From Octopus sinensis (Eukaryota), in assembly GCF_006345805.1 (NCBI RefSeq), contig NC_043008.1, positions 43,834,001 through 43,898,000 of the forward strand: a stretch of DNA of 64,000 nt. The letters run 5' to 3'. Position 1 is the first letter of the stretch. Every line of letters starts with the position of its first letter. Below, piece after piece: positions 57,255 through 64,000 of the stretch. Made by a program: the position numbers and the translations under genes. The notes beneath the pieces were generated by a model that saw nothing but the letters and a program-made list of their open reading frames with translations, ran no database searches and had not been told where the DNA came from.

Positions 57255-57673
57255 CCTACAAACACATATAGAATAGCTGTATGCATGTTTTCTTGTTAGT
57301 ATTTCTGCTCGCCAGATGTTATCTCAAAAGGCCCGAGTTAGCCATTAGACGGAAAGAGATCGATACAATAAGAACTAGACGGAAATAAATACTGGATTCG
57401 ATATGAATCTATGAAAAACCCCTGACTGCAGTATTGCAGCCTCACCGCACACCAATGATTGAAGTGATTAAAGAATAATACAAGATAAAAATATAAATTA
57501 AAATCTTGTTCATGCTTTTTAACACCAGAAATTCCTTGATGTGGGTTGTAAGCTGGATCAGCAATTAGGTTCTTGACTTCTCAGGTCCGCAAATTGCATC
57601 TGGCCTTAAGGTCGATCTAGAGGAACTACCGCTATTGTCCATGATTTTAATTTTGTAGTAAATTTATTGTTCC

Positions 57674-58260
57674 TTATGTGGTAAACGGTTTTACTCCATC
57701 CGTCGTGAATGTTGTCGATTGTCTTATATTCCGTTTTGTTTGACGCTGCTTGTCTTTGTCTTGGCCCAGGGTTTCAGCGAGTGCTATGAGCAACTTGTCA
57801 TGCCACCTGTATCTCTCTTGGGTAAGTACTGTTTTATACCTTGACAAGATGTGCACCAAAATGCCACTCTCTGCAGAAACCTACATGACTGGTTCTTCCT
57901 TATTCTCCACCTATATACATTTATTGACGATGAGAATGACTCATACACCGCTCGAGGCCGAAAAGAAATGTAGAAGGCTAATAATCTCCACAGGTTTCGA
58001 CAAGATCTTCATCTTGGAGACATACCATTTGATTTAGGCTCTCTGGGGTGCAAACTTCTCAACACGTCATCTTACTGCTGTCGTCCAAGATCTTGTCCCC
58101 TTTTACTTGGTATCTTCTTGCCCCTATTCTTGGAAATGGGACGAGCCAAGACCATACCGTCTTGTGCCCGTCATTTCAACGATGTGGCCTAACCCCAGCA
58201 TTCGTTTAGCTTGTGCTAAACTAAGATGTTGGCTCTTTAATTGTCCCTTATTCCCAGATG
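57674..58260 (-). mobile_element. Hero-like (R2 group, RLE) non-LTR retrotransposon fragment, linker/CCHC region
   Basis: LAQAKRMLGLGHIVEMTGTRRYGLGSSHFQ; WRLLAFYISFRPRAVYE; VHILSRYKTVLTQERYRWHDKLLIALAETL (cf. 'HILSGCKTALTQGRYRWRHDKVL'). Confidence 0.82.
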
Positions 58261-59839
58261 ACATTGAATGGAACAGACATGTAATCAATATGATCCAATT
58301 TGAAGGATCTGGTTGATATTTCTAGCAGTTAAACGATCACATAGAGGCTCGAAGGTGTAGATTTGAAATTTTACCTCAAACATTGTTCCAAGTTAGGCTC
58401 TGATCAAAAATAGCCATGATCAAGCATAGTTTCTACTATGAAAATTCAGACATTTTCTGCAGACATTGTAGGAATCCATGTAAACAATTATTTCATGTAT
58501 TCATTTCCTATCACGAACGGTTAGGGGTTTGATACAAATGAGCCACTGGTTGGTTCGTTGAGGATCTTTAAACATCGACGTTATCGGTCAAGAGAAGCAA
58601 GAAAATAAAATGTCACTTGCGAAAAAGAAATAACGGTTTGGGATCAGAGAGGATGTTCAAATTTAAAATCAAATTAACATTTGTCATCTCATGGTTATTA
58701 CATGCGCATGAAATGACAGCCATAAATTAAAACGACTCATTAAATAGAACCGTGTGTAGTCTTAGCAGTCCACAGAAAGGTAAATGGTTCCGTGATTTCG
58801 CTAATTCTTTTAAGTGTCTATTTAGTGGCCTGCGGATATAAACGATGTTTTACCACCCTTCTTCTATCCTGACCTAGAGGAACAGCCAGGATATGATAAC
58901 TGGAAGCAAAAGGGCTATACGAGCACCTTGGGTGGTACTTATTACAGCCGAATAGACTGGAGATTATGAAATAAAACACCGTCTTCAAAAGCAAAGCGCA
59001 TCGCCCGTGCTAAGAATCGAACCAAATCTGGACTTTCGTATTAACCTTATAAGCCAATTAAAAGGATTTCGCGCAATTTAATCACTTTATTTCTCCTCGT
59101 AAAATTTGAATCAACTCAAGGCTCCTTGTAAAGATGCCATGCCGTGGAGTCGAACCTATAACCTTTTCTTTGCGAAGCTAACGACTTAAGCATTTGGCCA
59201 CAACACCAATGGCGTGTAAAATCATACTTCTCTGGCTGTATAAACAGTAATTTCAATGAAGCTACTTGTAACAAACAGATCAGCTAACATGGTATGGGTT
59301 GATTGGACTTGCTCAACTGTACATCTGTTCAGTTATATCAGAAATATTCTGGACGTGACCATCTCGTCGAGGGGTTTATCGATATAGACGTCTAGTAATC
59401 TATTTAGTTGATATTCCAATGGTGAAGTTAGAAAGGGATTTTTGAAATTTGACGGGAATTGTCACAGGTCGAAGTTCAGGTTGTTTGGTACTTTCTTCTT
59501 TATTGTAAGTTATAAGACAAGACAACAGATGAAACAAGTCGAATTATTGTGAGAGAGACAATTCCTCTCTCTCTCTATCTATCTTTCTCTCTCTCTATCT
59601 CTATATATCTATCTCTTTCGTTTATATATATATAATATATATAATATATATAATATTTAGTACATAATACACACACATACATACATAAATAATAAAGACA
59701 GAGAAAGATAGGTAGATAGACAGATAAAGAGAATGATAGCTAGCTACCTAAATAGATATATACAAGTATGTATATATATATTGTTCATTCTATCTATCTA
59801 TCGATCGATCTGTCTATGCATCTATATGTCTGTCTCTCT

Positions 59840-60050
<211 letters not shown>

Positions 60051-60713
60051 AATATATATATACGTGTGTATATTATGTATTATATGTTATCTATTTATAT
60101 ATGTGTGTGTGTGTGTTAGCATTGACCCTGGGGCTAACCACCAGCAACAACAAAAACAAAACAACAAAGAGACCAAACTTAAACTGTTAGGTTTCATCAG
60201 AGTAATCAAAAGATTTTTAACGAAAACAACAAACCTTATCTATTCATAGTAATTTCTGCTCCTGTGCGTTTCCTGACTCACCAACGCTTACAAACACACA
60301 TACACACATAGTTCAAACATTACACATATACACACATACTTCCATAAACCCATCTTCGCACACGCGTACCATCCATATACACATGTATTCATATATCCAT
60401 AATATATATATATATATATACTCACACATATGTATCTGTGTTTGCCTGAGTGTGTGCGAGTGTGAGCGAGTGTGTGCTTGAATGTGAGTGAGTATGTGTA
60501 TGTGTGTGTTTGTGTGTGTGTGTGTGTGTGTGTTTGTGTGTGTGTGTTTGTGTGTGTGTGTTTGTGTATCTAATGTTCTAAGCCGTGTAGGAAGGCTTCT
60601 ATAAGTTATGAGTACTGATTCATCATTGCCTTACAGCATCTTAAGTTAGATGAAAATAAACACTCAAATACACACACACATATATATAAATATATGTACA
60701 TATACTTGTATAT

Positions 60714-60746
<33 letters not shown>

Positions 60747-60790
60747 CTGTGTATATGTTCATATATGCTGGTATATGATATGATATATAT

Positions 60791-60845
<55 letters not shown>

Positions 60846-60857
60846 CATATATGAGGG

Positions 60858-61152
60858 TGCATGACCTAGTGTTTAGGGTGTTGCACTGACAACTGCGAAA
60901 TCGTGCTTTCAGTTCCTAGACCGGGTGGTGCGCTGTCTTCTTGAGTAAAACTCTTCATCTCACTCTGCTTTGCAATCACATCGATAAGTGACGGGTGGCA
61001 CACAGCGCACCCGTTCAGACAACGACGATATGGATGGCAGGAGGGAGCTAATGCGCGGCACGAACATGTGATCACTATAAACAAATCATTTGTGCAGTTC
61101 ATTTGGCAACAGCTGAACGCTCAGCCGTTGTCTTCGACGGGAGAGTCCATTA
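60858..61152 (+). mobile_element. tRNA-headed SINE family D (tail type 4), diverged
   Basis: gcatgacctagtgtttagggtgttgcac...ttcagttcctagaccggg...ctgtcttcttgagtaaaact. Confidence 0.7.
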
Positions 61153-61632
61153 TGTATGTGCGTCCAAGTACATACATTATATAAGACACACACACACACA
61201 TGCACACACGCTCACACACACACATATACATATGTACACATATATATAAACACAAACATATACATATACACACACATGTATTTATATATATATATATACA
61301 TACACACATATATACACATATGCATGTATATGATTAAATAATAAAACATCCGTAAAATATGACATACCGATATATATATATTCTGTAATATAAAAAAACC
61401 TGTAGTAAATAAACAAATGAGCATAATATACTAAATACACAGGTGAAGAGCAAACACAGAAGGTTAGCATCGCCACATCAGTTATTGGCTGGAGGGTTTT
61501 AGCCATTATCGATAGGGCTGTTTCCACTCTGGAGGGATCCGCAAGAAAATTACCGGGAATGAGGCCAAAACCTTCCAAAACGAGACGGGCTCGAGAGGCG
61601 AACTTGATACATGTACATAGCGGACGTTCAAT

Positions 61633-62030
61633 GTTTATGACCTATTTCTTTGACCTCTTGCATCAGCAATCCTATGAAATGAATAATCCGAAGGGAACTA
61701 ATTGCATTTCTTGTAGACAATGATTTGCTGACTGACATGTAACACGTGAAGCTGTCTGACACAGCTCTTGCAGTACTACGACTGTCCAGCAACTCATACG
61801 TGGACGTGACATATCTCTACTTCACAAAAGCCTATTGACCATGGTATGTTATATTACAAGCTGCGTAATTTCGGCATAGTTGGAAATGTACGAGGAGTGT
61901 CTGCCTGATTTCCTAAATGATAGAAGTCGGGTTAGTAGCCAACGGGACAACTTCCTAGGAGACACAAACAATGTGTGGTGTCCCACAGGGCACTGTCATG
62001 GGACCACTGTTATTCATAATGGTATTTATC
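61633..62030 (+). mobile_element. CR1-group LINE reverse transcriptase fragment
   Basis: PISLTSCIS, IIRRELIAFLVDNDLL, SCLTQLL, VDVTYLYFTKA, DHGMLYYKLRNFGI, DFLNDRS, CGVPQGTVMGPLLFI; frameshifted. Confidence 0.88.
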
Positions 62031-62040
62031 CACTTTCCGA

Positions 62041-62272
62041 AGGCGGCGAGCTGGTAGAATCGTTAGCACGCCGAGCGAAATGCTTAGCGGTATTTCGTCT
62101 GCGGTTACGTTCTGAGTTCAAATTCCGCCGAGGTCGACTCTGCCTTTCATCCCTTCGGGGTCGATTAAATAAGTAGCAGTTACACACTGGGGTCTATATA
62201 ATCAACTTAATCCGTTTGTCTGTCCTTGTTTGTTCTCTCTGTGTTTAGTCCCTTGTGGGTAGTAAAGAAATA
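62041..62272 (+). mobile_element. SINE family B monomer
   Basis: Matches 12997-13227. Confidence 0.93.
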
Positions 62273-63111
62273 AGTATTCATCCACACAGAAGGCTTTGGT
62301 CAGTTCGAGGATACAACAGAAGATATTTGCGCAGTGGGATTGAAACCGGAACCGTGTGGTTGGGAAGCAAATAGAGGTATTTTTTAAAACTTTCAAGAAA
62401 GAGAGGGCGGTTACTTAAAATAGTCGTGAACAATGAATGTAGGATGTTTTTCTGAGAATGTTTTTTTTTTCGAAATGCTCACAGAACACCAAGATACACA
62501 ATGGCATAAAATACCAACACAAAACCCGGCTCGCAAAACACTCAAAATTAAAAATCAATAACGGCTCATCAGTCTGATAAGAAGTTGCTGCGAGGAAAAT
62601 GGTAAAAATTCTTCAGTAGAAATATTTTAAACAAAGAAGAACGTTCAACGCGGCATAATTTAGAAAAAAACGTGAGAAAACAAGGAACTGAAAAGAAAAT
62701 ATTACGTTGACAGACAGACGGATACTACAACAGTAAGATGAAGATCTGAGATAAAAAGCAAGCGAATGGTGGCCAAAGTATCCTTTTTGTTGCAGTTGTT
62801 GTTGTAGCTGTCGTTGTTGCAGCTGTCGTTATTATTGATAGTGATGATAATGATGGTGAAGATGATGATGATGGTTATTATTATTCTACCGTTGTTATTA
62901 GCATTCTTATTATTATTACTGTTAGTATTGCAGATGACAATTAGAATTAAAGTCACGTAAGCTGGTGACCATTACTGCTGAGTTTGTAGCGCCACAAAAA
63001 TGGTTTTAACTACGAGCTTCGGCTGTCTTAAGAAGAAGTTAAAATATTTTGTCTGCCCGACTAAATTTCATTACCGATTCTAAAAGACTCTTATCATAAA
63101 TACATACATGC

Positions 63112-63142
<31 letters not shown>

Positions 63143-63241
63143 CATACGTAGGTACATACATGTATATTTATATATATATATAAGCGTGTATATATGCATA
63201 TATATATGTCTATACACTCATACATATTATACATGCTTACG

Positions 63242-63281
<40 letters not shown>

Positions 63282-63403
63282 AACGCACACATACATACAT
63301 AAATACATTGATACATACATAACTATATATACATGCATATACAACATACATCTATGTACATGTATATCTATATGTATGTATGTATCTATCTATGCATGTA
63401 TAT

Positions 63404-63436
<33 letters not shown>

Positions 63437-63819
63437 GAATCTGTGTATATATATAAATAAATCTATTTATCTATCTACCTACCAATCTATCAACCTCCAT
63501 TTTCTCTCTTATTCCCACACCATCTCTGTCTCTCTGTTACTCTCCCCCTCTCCTTTTCCTCACTATGTTTTTCTCACCATTTCCCACATAGGGAAACATA
63601 CTTAACACCACAAGAATCGCACGTATATGTATTTATATACACAGCTCTCCATTCTTACTGCCACTTTCTATGATGGACTGCTCCTATTTGTTTCCCTTTA
63701 CACACTCACACTTACATAACAAATTAAATAAAACCCACAGCTTTCCACTCTTTAGTTACATTACTGACACAAGACGTTTTTCCAGATTTTCTTTAATACA
63801 CCAAAGAACTATCAAAATG

Positions 63820-63839
63820 TATTATTATTATTATTATCA

Positions 63840-63906
<67 letters not shown>

Positions 63907-63926
63907 TACTATTATAATTATTATTA

Positions 63927-64000
<74 letters not shown>
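63820..64000. repeat. (ATT)n microsatellite, runs off the window
   Basis: Direct inspection. Confidence 0.98.

Overview
AT-rich, microsatellite-saturated animal DNA, intergenic or intronic. The repeat families point to a coleoid cephalopod, probably Octopus (inference). No intact host protein-coding gene is evident: nearly all listed ORFs are translated simple repeats or decayed transposons. Recognisable content: (i) four decayed mariner pieces; (ii) non-LTR retrotransposon relics (Penelope-like RT, RTE/BovB-like, CR1-group, two R4/Dong-like, one Hero-like); (iii) many copies of several tRNA-headed SINE families, including fixed-junction dimers/trimers and inverted pairs; (iv) about a dozen minimal type-I hammerhead-ribozyme-like motifs (C[T/C]GNNGA-stem II-GAAA-palindromic stem III-TH) in at least five short-element families. 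These sit in or beside microsatellites and are often arranged as inverted repeats, consistent with Penelope pseudo-LTR/retrozyme-like elements. Also present are several long fold-back hairpins, one weak candidate exon and homeodomain-site-rich unique islands. All calls were made by eye, and boundaries are approximate.
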